A stretch of DNA of 62,311 nt, the filler included, from Dimorphilus gyrociliatus (lineage: Eukaryota; Animalia; Annelida): the NCBI GenBank assembly GCA_904063045.1. It is 3 parts of 3 records of this genome, joined end to end, with 100 filler letters (N's around TTAATTAATTAA, not from the genome) between each part and the next. Parts side by side here need not be neighbours in the genome. Positions count along the whole stretch, not along the records: positions 1 to 30,075 come from CAJFCJ010000138.1; positions 30,176 to 55,406 come from CAJFCJ010000050.1; 1 more part is not named here. One strand, written 5' to 3'. Below are positions 25,260-37,379 of the stretch, one piece after another. How positions within the stretch are numbered: position 1 is the first letter of the stretch; every line of letters begins with the position of its first letter. Position numbers and translations under genes: made by a program. The notes under the pieces are model-generated. The model was given only the letters and a program-made list of their open reading frames with translations. It searched no databases and was not told the origin of the DNA.

Positions 25260-28200
25260 ATGGATGCCGTGAACGATCCTACTAATATTGATAAAGATTC
25301 AGATAGATTGACAACTGAACAAGAAGAATCGAACGAAAGAGATTTCAATGACGAGAGAAACAATTCTCAACTCGATTTGAATAAGACAAACAAAGAAATT
25401 GAAGAAAATTTATCAGGAAAATATTTTTCAAAAAAAATTACTACAAATTTACTACAAAGTCCACTTTTTTATTCAAAATCAACCATACCTCTTCATTCAA
25501 TCTTTAATAATAGTTCAACGGTAAGTAATCATTGAATAGTCAATTGAATTAATCTATTGCTACAAATGTTTCAAAAAAATAACCAAAATTTAGAGCATTC
25601 TCCACAGTGATGGACATTTTGAAACACTAATTGTAAAGATGCGTTTGGAGAATATGTCACATTTAAATGATTTATTCTTTGGTCTTTTATTCTTGCATAA
25701 ATCAAATTTAGAAGTAAGATTTTAATTTGTTTATATCTGTAAATTTGAAATAAGACCTACCACAGCCTCAGATTACAATGCGTTTGTTGACTTTAAAATT
25801 AAGAAATTGCAGATCTCTAACTGATTGGTGTATTTATTGGATAAGAAAACAAAATACAAGATTCACAATAGCAAATGTAAAAGCTATTATGCATCGTTGT
25901 TATTTTTAATTATTTTTATGTTTTTGTTTTATAGCTTTACCTTTCAAACTGCGATAGTTTTGGTCCAGCAATAATATTTTCCCTTGTAGAAAATAATAGC
26001 AATCCACAAAATTGGATAAAAAACAAGGTAAATAATTCTTTTTTCTTTTTAATTTCTATTTAACAATTTCATTAAAACATTTTTTTCAAGTATTTAAATA
26101 TTGAAATTTGGAGTACTCCACTGCGAATTTTGACAAAATTTGCAGTAAATACAAGGTCGTTATTTCCTTGTATAGATCCTTTAGAATTATCAAAAATAAC
26201 AAACTTGACGGAACAATATGGTAATAGGATTGATTTAAAAGGAATAATACCAATGAGAATATTAATATTTTTGCTTTTTTTCTTTCCCTTTTCTTTCTTA
26301 TCTGTGTGTTCACAACATACATAAAAAGATTTGACTACAAATCATAAAAGAAGAGCTATGACTGATAAAAAAATTTTGATTGTACACTTTAAATCAATGT
26401 ACGAAGGAACATTTGAAGGAAACAATTGGCCTAGATTCGATTTTATAACCTATTTAAAAGAGACAAAAATGGAATTGAATTCTTTACATCTATTCCGTTG
26501 TTATATTGAAAATAAAAGTTATTTTTACGAATGTACTGAAGAGTTTCTACCTCTGATTTCCATTGAGAGATGCATTATAATAATACCATTTACTAAAGCG
26601 TTGAAACTAAACGAACAACTCACAATTTTTCACAAGATTGTACAATATTTTACAACCAGGGTAGATTGAATTTTCTACCTTTGAAACAAAAACCATTAAC
26701 TTTATTCTTTATTCTATTTTCAAGTGCCTATATCCTAATATTTTACCCTGCCTTCATTTTTGCTATGTTGGTAATGAAGACAGTAATAAAAACTACAAAA
26801 TTCGTCCTCAGCAAGCCGAACTTAAATATACAAGCTCTTCCCCATCTACTAAACTAGCTTTAGAAATACGAGACGAGATTTTGAAAGCTAAGGAAAAGAT
26901 ATGCCAACTGACCAAGTTTTTATTTAAATTATTAGCATTAAGGGTTAGAAGTAAGATAACAAAAACCTAAGACCTAGTCCTACATCTAACCCTATTCTCG
27001 AAGTTTAATAAATCAATTCGTCTATTTCATGTTTTTTATTTTCAGGATGAAAAATCTACAAAATTTCAATGATCAACTTAATTTACATAATTATTTAGCT
27101 ATTCAAGAGAATTTATCATTATTTCAATGGGGACAAAAGAAGAATAATAAACTACCTTTCATTGATCATAGAAAAAATGTATATTCATATTTTCAACATA
27201 AGATTATCTATTTAAACCAAAAAAATCACTTTCAAAACAGAAACTGTCTTCCTACATTCGAGATAAAACTAATCCGTTGACTGCAGTCATACCTGATCTT
27301 AAGGTAAAATTTTCTATTCTCTTATTAATTAGCCATAAACATTTATCATTATTAATAGTTTTTTTTACATAATTAGGTTACGGGTGATGAGACTATAAAA
27401 TTACAAGACGAAGTTTTGTTAATGTTGACAAAAAATGAAGAAGGATTTATTAATTTTAGAAAAATTGTTGAAAATATTCCATTCGACTCGTTAAAAACCA
27501 GTAAAAATTTCCAATTTCTACCAGTTTTCTTTTTAATATAATTAAATTCTTATATATATAGAAAAATTGAATTCTAAAATAAGTAAGCTTGTACGTCAAG
27601 AAATCTTTGACTTTAAATATGAATATAAAAGAATCTCTCTTGATGATGATGATATTCAAGAATTATCAATGAATATGTATAGATTTCCTTACTTTAAAGC
27701 TATAAACTTTTTAGATAAGATTGTAAGATAAAGATCTCTCTTTTTATCTTGATTGTTATCATTGATTTTCGATTTTCGATAGGGTTCGCTTTTACTTGTT
27801 AAAACGCTGTTTTACGAAGAATATTTCGTCGCATCACCTCAATGGTTATCAAAGGTTATTGAAGAGATTGAAACATCTTCTCAAGAATTTCAAGAATCTC
27901 TGAAAGGACAATATTATTACTTGAACAAATCTACTCCAATATGTAAAAATATGGAGAATGCAATTAAAACAGCATCGTCAAATCATTGGGTTTTTTTTTA
28001 ATTAATTTTTAAAATTCCTTACATTTTCTCTTTTAATTTAATTTTAGACTAAAAAACGTATTATTTTGAATAAGAAAATTTTTTGCCAATTGGGAATTGT
28101 ATTAGATTTAGAATCAAATAGTTGTATATTCCCGGAAAATCTATCTAAGCCGGAAACTGCATATAAAACCTCTATGGTATGTTTACTTATTAATGAATGG

Positions 28201-30027
28201 TTAAAAAGATCATTTTTTTCTGCCAATATATAGAATTTGAAAGAAGCTGCTACAGCTATTTTAACCTATCGGGTAGAGAGTTCAATGTACATGGAACAAT
28301 TACGCAAATTACTTTTATATTTAATTACCTCTGTTTATAAAATTGGAGATCCATTCAGTCCAATAGTCGAACTAAGAAAAGGAAGAATTATCCTTCAAGG
28401 TGGTCCAGTAGAAACTTGTATATTATTTGATGATGAAAAGGACGAGTCGAATAGTTCTGATAGCATAAAAGTAATCTCCTCTACTCTTGTCTGCCAAAAA
28501 GCTCCGTCATTAATTGCTGGATTTTTAATTGAAATAGCAACGATTGTTGAATTTGCTTTTCAAAAATCATCAATTTTTTACGAGGTAAAAAGTAGAATAT
28601 TTTTTTATTGTATTAAGTTTTTTGGTGTTTTTTTTTAGAAACAATTGGAAACTCCTTGGGGTAATCAACTAAACTTTGAAGATGAAAACAACGTATTGTT
28701 TTGTTGGTATATTATTTCTTTATTGTATTTTTTTTTCTATTTCTCTTTCTCCAATCTCCCGACAAAACAGTTGACAATTTTAATATCTTTTATACACCTA
28801 TTGATACCTTGACGGAGAAAAATTCATTAAGAATTCATTTGATTTGGATAATGCATAAACAGCTTCATCCAACTACTGCTGAGGAGATTTACTTTACTAA
28901 GGGAGAAAAACCAAAAGAAATATTTACATTAACTTCGCCATCATCAACTTTTGATGGAGATGCTCAACTACAGAAATACTTTTGTAAAACATTAATGGAT
29001 CCAGTACAGTTCCATACAATTAAAATAAAACCAAGTAGTGTGACCAACAGTATTCAACTAATGTTAGTAGACAGATTATCTTTTTAATCCATTAACTCTT
29101 TGTCTTCTTTTCAGATCTGAAAAGTAACAATTTTCTTCTTACCAATCGTCCATTGCGTTTCATTTGTTTTGCTTTCAGGAATTTAGCACAATTTATGTTT
29201 GATACTGTAAATCATAGATATGAGATATCTTGGAAATACGGCCGCGAAATGGTACAAAGGAAAATGTACTTTGCCGAATTATCAATTTTAAAAATTCAAT
29301 TATTGTTTAAACAAAATGAAAAAAATCATTTTCTTGTTGAAAATGATCAAATTGAATTGAAAATTTTTCTTGATAACATTGTTACTGATTGTATAAATGT
29401 TCCTAGTGATGTATACAGATTGGTCATACATACTAGAGAGGACTTAGTACAAGAGAGTGATATTGACTTTACTTTTGCTCCAGTAAGTATTTCTATTTTT
29501 AAAGATTTGTAACGAGACAATGGTTTAACCAAAACTTTAATATTTTTTAAACTATAGAGGGAAATCTATAAATTATCACGTGATAAAATTAAAATAGGAC
29601 AAAAATTTCAAGTTATAGTAGAAACAACAGATAAAAGCATACAACCAACCATTGCTACAATATGCGATATTTCTCAAGAGTTAGAAATGTTGAAAATAAG
29701 CCATTATTGGCTTGAAGAGAAATTTAAATGGATAAATTTGAAATCATTATCTTTATTGTTGTTAAAAGAGAATTATGAAAATGTGACCATAGGTATAAAA
29801 TCCACTCTTCTTCCTCTTCTTCTTCTTATAAGTTCTTTCTATTTAATTTCAAAGAGCCAGACAAAGAATTTAATTGGGAAAAATTAATGGAAAATCTAAA
29901 TGCAGAACAAATTCCAGAAGTGGTAATTAAACAGTTACACAAACCGGAAATGGATAAAAGCTTTTCCGAATTGGTTATTCAGCCTCATAAAGGGAATAAA
30001 GATCACTACGAAGGTGTTCAATTGTAG
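25260..30027 (+). CDS. Roco-like protein (LRR-like - degenerate ROC - COR - UPA-like - beta domain - MBT-like), many short exons
   Basis: Hand-spliced exons: LRR-like LLTLKLRNCRSLTD / LYLSNCD; hinge IVQYFTTR-CLYPNILPCLHFCYVGNEDSNK (P-loop position); ROC end VTGDETIKLQDEV..ENIPFDS; COR hallmark KAINFLDKI-GSLLLVK..YFVASPQWLSKVIEEI; COR FCQLGIVLDL..CIFPENLSKP; terminal IKIGQKFQV..ATICDI..WINLKS and EFNWEKLMENLNAEQIP. Stop at 30025-30027. Confidence 0.72.
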
Positions 30028-30075
30028 ATTGTTTTCAAAAGTAAAATTTCGAATTTTAATTATTTTTACAGTCTT

Positions 30076-30175
30076 NNNNNNNNNNNNNNNNNNNNNNNNN
30101 NNNNNNNNNNNNNNNNNNNTTAATTAATTAANNNNNNNNNNNNNNNNNNNNNNNNNNNNNNNNNNNNNNNNNNNN
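30076..30175. other. Assembly gap / artificial linker N44-TTAATTAATTAA-N44
   Basis: Exactly 100 bp. The central 12-mer has stops in all six frames. An identical construct is at 55407-55506. Confidence 0.95.
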
Positions 30176-30260
30176 TTCCCCCATACTGGTTTTTTTGCAT
30201 TGGGAGCATACAAACTGACCTTTTTGAAACCATTCAACACATATCTCTCAAGATGATTTA

Positions 30261-31500
30261 ATGGAAAACTCTGTTGATAACTCAAACATTCAAGAAATAG
30301 ATGAAATTGACCCTGCATTCACAATATTGGAAGGAATGAGCCAAAAAGGAAAAAATCTCCTTTTTCATGAAGGATACAGTTATACTGTAAAAGAAAAGAC
30401 TGCAAACACAGTTAAATGGACATGCAGTGTCAGAAACAAATCAATGAAGTGTCCTGCAAGAGTTTCCCAAAGAAATAGTTCTTTTATCCTTGGTAAAATG
30501 AATCATATTCATGAGAGAAATAATAACCCGGAAATGGAAATAAGAATTAGACACAAATTAAAAGAAAGTGGTCAGAATGATAAAATAACATCAGGAAAAT
30601 GTTTGGCTGAAAGTGTTCTCAGTGAAGTTCCCAAATCAAATTTTTCTATTGTACTGCTCTTGCTGGCAAAATCTATGCGTTTGCAAGTTATAACAATACT
30701 GGTTCTACTCGAACCTTTAAACAAATGTTTAAATTAAAATGGTTTATTCGCAATAATAATACTTAAGCAAGTAACAATATGAGAGTTCAATAGCAGAGTA
30801 GATAGTTTGTAATAGCAGGTTGCCAAATTACCAAACTGTCTTCCAATGTTGAGGAGTAGATGGATGGTTCCAGTGGAGGTTGTTTCCAGATGATTTTCCC
30901 AGGTCCTTGGGTCCAGATGGAAGCTGCATGCCAAATGAGAATAATGAGGATTTATATACTTTGAGGTTTGTCTCTGACATCCAATCATCACTTTACAGTT
31001 GCCGAAATGTGTAGTTCATATTTATCTTTAGTAACAGGATGTTACAAGGTTCAACATTTAGGAAGGTTAATTGAATTATAACTTGGCCACACCCTAGGCA
31101 AGTTAATTAAATTATAACTTGGCCAAACCTTTATTGGTAATTAAAGATGAACCTTCAAGCTGACTAATCAGACTTATGTTTGGCCAATGTTATAGCATTT
31201 TCTTGCGTAGGTTTTAAGATGTACATGTATATGTTGCATAAAATAATAGAGTTCAAGCATGTAAAATATAACCAAAGTTGTACACTATTCCATCTATTGA
31301 TAGGTATTGTAGGCTTATTAATAGAACAAGACAGCAGTTTAATCCTAATGAACCAGATGGCTTATACTTCACTCTTGATAAAACTTTTATTCCAGATAAT
31401 TCTCTACACAAAGTCAAGTCAAATTACTATCTTATGGAAAGATGTGGTTTATGGATGGAACCTTTAAATGTGTTAAGGATCCATTTTATTTGTAATTTAA
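30261..31500 (+). mobile_element. FLYWCH-MULE (Mutator-like) transposase remnant interrupted by a 635-bp insertion
   Basis: FLYWCH: LLFHEGYSYTVKEKTANTVKWTCSVRNKSMKCPARV..NHIH. After the insertion: RLINRTRQQFNPNEP and, in another frame, KMWFMDGTFKCVKDPF (MULE first catalytic Asp region). Confidence 0.8.
30650..31284 (+). mobile_element. Solo-LTR-like element, 635 bp, TGTAC...GTACA ends, 4-bp TSD CTAT
   Basis: TSD at 30646-30649 and 31285-31288. Removing the element restores the frame (SNFSIPSIDRYCRL). Related copies occur elsewhere in the window. Confidence 0.8.
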
Positions 31501-31780
31501 TATTGATCATATGGAAAGAACAAAAATATTTCAACATATTGCGCAATAAATATGAAGTATTTGACTGTATTTCAACTCCATATTTACAAAAAGGGAGAGC
31601 GATAAATAAGGAAAATAAAATTTATTACATAAGTCTATTTGCTTTTTATGATCTATTCCAAATTGGATTTATATGGACAGAGATAAAGTCTGTAAATAAT
31701 ACGAAAAAGAATACTTCTATTTTCAATGGTTTTTCAATCCTTCAACTAGGAAGAGTGGATTAAATTTTGAATTTTCTCAC

Positions 31781-32338
31781 ATGCTATTTAAAGAATGTTT
31801 TGCAGCAAAATTTATGATTGAATCATATCAGAAAAATCTACATGAAAATATTCAATTAATAGAATCAATAATCAGAAATTTAAAGAACTTGTTTATATTA
31901 AAAAATGTCTTCTCATTTGTCCTTGATATTGACTGTAATATTTGTGCAAAGCTAACAGCTATAAAAGGATTGGATAATATTTTATCTATTCTGGATATAG
32001 ATGAAAGACTTTGCACATATATTAGAAATAAATTCATTATTACTGCAATTGAATTATCTAATATTAGATTACCAATTGGAATTTGGAGGTTAATCCTACA
32101 TAACTCTACCAAACAAATCAAAGAATTTCAAATTACAGATGTAGATATAGATTTAAACAACTTTATTCATATTGGACAAGAATTTCTAAAAAATTCTCTT
32201 TCCATTATAAAAATTTATGATAACAATCTAATTAGTTATATCATTACTGCTGAAACTATACAAAGCATAATGGAACAGTTTAAAAATTTAAAAGCCTACA
32301 TTAGCATTGTAGGCTTTGCCAAAAAAGAAACAGGTTAA
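31781..32338 (+). CDS. Uncharacterised 185-aa ORF, possibly a degenerate LRR-like fragment
   Basis: Long ORF for this AT content, with LxxIxL periodicity (ITAIELSNIRL, IKEFQITDVDI, LSIIKIYDN). No recognisable family motif. Confidence 0.35.
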   Translation: MLFKECFAAKFMIESYQKNLHENIQLIESIIRNLKNLFILKNVFSFVLDIDCNICAKLTAIKGLDNILSILDIDERLCTYIRNKFIITAIELSNIRLPIGIWRLILHNSTKQIKEFQITDVDIDLNNFIHIGQEFLKNSLSIIKIYDNNLISYIITAETIQSIMEQFKNLKAYISIVGFAKKETG

Positions 32339-32657
32339 TTCATCTTTTGTGAAGATATTCATTACAATGTATTACTGTGCTAAGTTTACTAAGATTACTG
32401 GAAAACTGTAAAAATGCAATTTAATGACAATGGATTTATTGTACAATGAAGCATGGAGGAATAGATTTGAAAATGATTTGGAGTGAACAATCAAGACCAT
32501 TAGGAAAAAATGTACATATCAACATAGAGATAGAGATTAGAATATAGTGACTACAGAAAAATATATGGAGGTCAGAGTGTATTGATATATTTTTAGTAGA
32601 TTTCTTGGGAAGTGGAAACAACTATTCATTGTAGGCCCATTATATCTATCAGAAGTT

Positions 32658-33059
32658 CTAACTGCATAAATGATAATTAAATGCCGTTATAACAACAACA
32701 AATGGACAAATTGACATAAACATCATTTTCATATGGTTTTTATTCAATTTGTTATGAGGCCTACAAATACAGAACCATCTTTCAATAGCAGATGTAAAGG
32801 TAAATCTAGAAAATACTGAAATTGTGTGATTTAAATACATGCCTATCTTGCAGATTACATTATTTGCGATAAAGCCTAATTCCAGAACAATACTGTGTGG
32901 AATGTAGAGTGAACAGCTTAATATATCAATAAAAGCCATAGTTTTTATAAATAAATCACTAGGAGAAAAGTTTTTCTTGGAATCATAAACGAATAATATC
33001 AACAAATTTGATGTTATAGCAATAACCATATTAGTTGATACAAAAATAGAGTAAAACAC
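32658..33059 (-). pseudogene. Class A (rhodopsin-like) peptide-receptor-type GPCR fragment, TM1-TM4
   Basis: SNLLILFVY, MAFIDILSC..IP, ICKIG, AIERWFCICRP (DRY-equivalent). Truncated, with no upstream Met in frame. Confidence 0.7.
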
Positions 33060-33355
33060 ATTAAATCTAGTTTTTTAGTTATTGTTGTCGTATTTTCCAT
33101 TTTGACAAACAAATTGCCAGACAACAAGCTTTTTCAATGTTAAAAAATAAATCTAATAATGGAAAATGGATGCGACAGAAAACATCCACAAATCAGTGCT
33201 TTTACCCTAACTGTAACCCAGGCCTTAGCTATACCTTACCTTTTCGATTAGCCCTAACCCTAAAATATATAAAAAATATAACCTGCACACTGACCCCAAA
33301 TTTGAGAATCTCTTACATAATAACTCTCAAAACAATTTATTCACCTAAAAGAAAA

Positions 33356-33793
33356 AATACTGCTCTTGCTGGCAAAATCTATGCATTTGGGAGTTACAAC
33401 AATACTGGTTCTACTCGAACCTTCTAAACATATGTTTAAAATTAAAATGGTTTATTCACAATAATAATACTTAAGTAGTAATGATATGAGAGTTCAATAG
33501 CAGAGTAGATAGTTGTAATAGCAGGTTGCCAAATTACCAAACTGTCTTCCAATGTTGAGGAATAGATGGATGGTTCCAGTAGAGGTTGTTTCCAAGTTAT
33601 CTTCCCAGCTCCTTGGGTCCAGATGGAAGCTGCATGCCAAATGAGAATAGTGAGGATTTATATACTTTGAGGTTTCCCTCTGACATCCAATCATCACTTT
33701 ACAGTTGCCAAAATGTGTAGTTCATATTTATCTTTAGTAACAGGATGTTACAAGGTTGAACATTTAGGAAGGTTTATTGAATTATAACTTGGC
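33356..33793 (+). mobile_element. Truncated copy of the solo-LTR-like element
   Basis: High identity to 30652-31092. The 5' TG is lost and the 3' ~190 bp is missing. Confidence 0.8.
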
Positions 33794-34299
33794 CTAGAGA
33801 CCTTGTCTGTTTTTGATTATGTACACATACATTCATCAGCTATATTCTACAATAGAGAAGTAGTATTTAACCAGTATTGTACTATGCAGATAGCACTGAT
33901 AAAGATAAGCAGTAGTGACCTATTTCGTGTAGGGCAGTGCATACACATTATGCAGCAATAAAACCTATTAAATTATATAAAGAATATTTGCTATTTGCAA
34001 CCTAGCATTAATATTACAATTTATTAATCCATACATTTATGATTTTGAACCAAAACTAGTTCAATTAATTATCAATTATGCTTCAATTCTTAGTGTCTAC
34101 ACAATACTGTTCTTCTTAACATGCATTAATCAGATATACTTCCTCCTTATATGCTGATTCTAAATTTACTAACTCAATCAATTGAATATCATTATTAACG
34201 TAGAATATAAAAACGGTCAAATATACAATCTACATGCTCATTTTACTCAATACATATTCTTTGGATGAAATACTGGTGTTTTGTTGATTAATTTCTACC

Positions 34300-34720
34300 G
34301 AAATTGCCTTTGTTAGACTATTTGTGGACGAACTTTATAGGTTCTATTTGTTTGAGTACTTTGGCAAGTTGGTAAATGATTGGAAAGGACGATTACAGTT
34401 GTGACGAACCAGAAATTCCTACAATTACAATACAACAAAGTACAGATTAAAGCATTAGAACAACTAATGATCTGGAAGGTTATCATCAAAGGCTGAATAA
34501 AATTGTTGGAGAAAATATTTTTTTTTTATTTAGTGATTGATGAATTGAAGAGGGAGGTAGACCTGATAAATCTGTACAAAAAGCTTTTAAATGAAAGAAA
34601 GCTAGTTAGACTTCAAAGGAAAATTTATACTCAAATTCAAAGATATCTCTTCTTAATTTGAGAAAATTTAAAAAGCAGGTGAAAAACAGCTTCTGTAGTT
34701 GTGCTCAGAATTATATTATT
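34300..34720 (+). mobile_element. MULE transposase C-terminal remnant
   Basis: Hand translation TTNDLEGYHQRLNKIVGENIFFYLVIDELKRE..LVRLQRKIYTQIQ matches the TNNxxEGWHxRLN region of FLYWCH-MULE transposases. Confidence 0.7.
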
Positions 34721-35158
34721 GAAAGTAGTTGACAATTAGTTGATACCATTAAACTTTCTTGAAAACACTGATCATTAATAGTAATGCTTCAAAAAAGGTT
34801 GTCTTAGTTTTAGAGTTGTTCACAAATTATCAATACACAATTTTTTAGGTAAACCCAAAGTTGCCTATTATAAAAAGCTTTCTTTTAATTTATGGATATT
34901 TTCTGTCACTAGATAAGGAATTTGAATTCTTAAAAAATTAAGCCAATAGAAAAAGTTATATGATGTTTTAAGTGAATAATTCATTTATTATGTATTATTA
35001 CACATATTCTCTAATCACAGTTTTATTTTTCAACACATATTTACATTTAATTAAAATCTATTTTAAGGGACATACTTTGTCATGAATGTTTTATGTCAAC
35101 CCCCAATCAATAATTGTCATGGAGTCAACTGTCCTGATTAGAGTCAACTGTCTGTGGA

Positions 35159-37089
35159 TCAATTGTTTAGATACCTAAACAGAGAATCATCAAGCGTGAT
35201 TACTAAACTTTCATTATTAAAAATATTTGAATCTTCCAGTATTATGCAGTGTTTAAAAACTTTTCTTAAATATTTGACTTGTTCATACTTAAGTAAACAG
35301 GACTGAAAGTTAATTCTTTTTAAACTGTTTGAAGAAGATTTGAGACTTTCCAAAATTGTTTGGAAGCCCATTCCCATACCCGAATTATTGTAGAAACTTA
35401 CATCTTCTAGTGTTGAGAAGTGTTTTAATGTTTTCTCCTAAATATTCCACATGTTCATCATTAAGTGAACAGGATGAAAAGTTAATTCTTTTTTAAACAA
35501 TTTGAAGTAGATTTCAGAGCATTACAAATGGTTTGCAAGCCTATGCCCATTTTTCTATTTCCAGAGAAATTCAAGTCTTCTAGTGTTGAGCAAAGTTTTA
35601 ATGTTTCTCCTAAATATCCAGCTTGCTTATCATTAAGTGAACAGTATAAAAAGTTAATTCTTTTTAAACATTTTAAAGAAGATTTGAGACCATTACAAAT
35701 TGTTAGCAAGCCTATTCCCATTTTTCTATTTCCAGAGAAATTGAAGTCTTCTAATGTTGAGCAGTGTTTTAATGTTTCTCCTAAATATTCAGCATGTTTA
35801 TCATCAAGGGAACAGTCAGTGAGGTCAATTCTTTTTAAATAGTTTGAAGAATACTGCAGGCCATTGCAAATGATTTGGAAGCCAATTCCCATAGTATCAT
35901 TTGAAGATAAAAGAAAGTCTTCTAATGTTGAGCAGTGTTTTAATGTTTCTCCTAAATAGTTAGCTTGTGTTTCATCAAGTGAACAGTAACGGAGGTCAAT
36001 TCTTTTTAAACAGTTTGAAGAATATTGCAGGCCATTGCAAATGATATGGAAGCCAATTTCCATACTGAAATTTGAAGATAAAACAAAGTTTTCCAATGTT
36101 AGGCAGTGTTTTAGTGTTTCTCCTAAATATTTAGCTTGTGTTTCATCAAGTGAACAAGATGAAAAGTTAATTCCTTTTAAACACCTTGAAGTAAATTTGA
36201 GACCATTACAAATGGTTTGCAGGCCTACTCCCATGTTTCTATTTCCAGAGAAATTCAAGTCTTCTAGTGTTGAGAAGTCTTTTATTGTTTCTCCTAAATA
36301 TTCAGCATGCTTATCATCAAGTGAACAGTCACTGAGGTCAATTCTTTTTAAACAGTTTGAAGAAGATTTGAGACCATTACAAATGGTTTGTAAGCCAATA
36401 CCCATTTTTCTATTTCCAGAGAAATTGAAGTCTTCTAGTGTTGAGCAGTGTTTTAATGTTTCTCCTAAATATTCAGCTTGTTTATCATCAAGTGAACAGT
36501 ATGAAAAGTTAATTTTTTTTAAACAGTTTGAAGAAGATTTGAGACCTTTGCAAAGGATTTTGAAGCCCATTCCCATAGTATCATTTGAAGAGAAATTCAA
36601 GTCTACTAGTGTTGAGCAATGTTCTGATGCTTTTCCTAAATATTTAACTTGTGTGTAATTAAGTGAACAGGACTGATTGTTAATACTTTTTAAACTGTTT
36701 GAAGAAGATTTGAGACTTTCAAAAATTGTTTGGAAGCCTATTCCCATACCTGGATTATTGTAGAAACTTACATCTTCTAGTGTTGAGAAGTTTTTTAATG
36801 TTTCTCCTAAATATTCTGCATGTTTATCATCAAGTGAACAGGATGAAAAGTTAATTCTTTTTAAACAGTTTGATGTAGATTTGAGACCATTACATATGGT
36901 TTGCAAGCCTATTCCCAAGCCTGGATTTTTGTAGAAACTTACATATTCTAGTATTAAGTAGTGTTTTAATGTTTCTCCTAAATATTTAGCATGCTTATCA
37001 TCAAGTGAACAGTCACTGAGGTCAATTCTTTTTAAACATTTTGAAGAAGATTTGAGACTATTACAAATGCTTTGGAAGCCAATTCCCAT
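35159..37089 (-). pseudogene. LRR-only NLR-derived ORF (535 aa, ~9 x 57-aa units) with a frameshifted continuation
   Basis: 57-aa (28+29) ribonuclease-inhibitor-like repeats of the same family as 56751-61145. Frameshift at ~35490 into further units (35159-35377). Upstream LRR sequence is frameshifted and no NACHT is present. Confidence 0.75.
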
Positions 37090-37379
37090 AGTTTCATTAG
37101 GTTAGACCAATTTAAGTCTTCTAGTGTTGAGAAGAGTTTTAATGCTCTTCCTAAATTTTCTACTTGTTTATCCTTTAAATCCAAATTATTAAGGTGAGTC
37201 TTTTAAACTCTGAGAGAAAGATAAGAGGGCATTGCATATCACTGTATGACTTCTGTTATATTTTAAACTATGCTATTATATATAACTTAATCATGTATAA
37301 ACCTACACAAGACAATACAATAACATTTGGCAAAACACAGAGCTTGGTTGGTCAGATTGAGGTTTATCATTAAGTACCA

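Noticed and set aside
30120-30131. TTAATTAATTAA as a biological palindrome or homeodomain site
   Set aside because: It is embedded symmetrically in N runs, twice, so it is a synthetic six-frame-stop linker.
30734-30991. Recurrent ORF MMIGCQRQTSKY.. (also 33494-33697 and 44657-44914)
   Set aside because: It lies inside the repeated LTR-like element; its recurrence reflects DNA copy number and it has no protein motif.
35528-36658. Plus-strand ORFs of 104 and 207 aa (also 45628-46023, 59696-60961 and similar)
   Set aside because: Antisense shadows of the LRR repeats.
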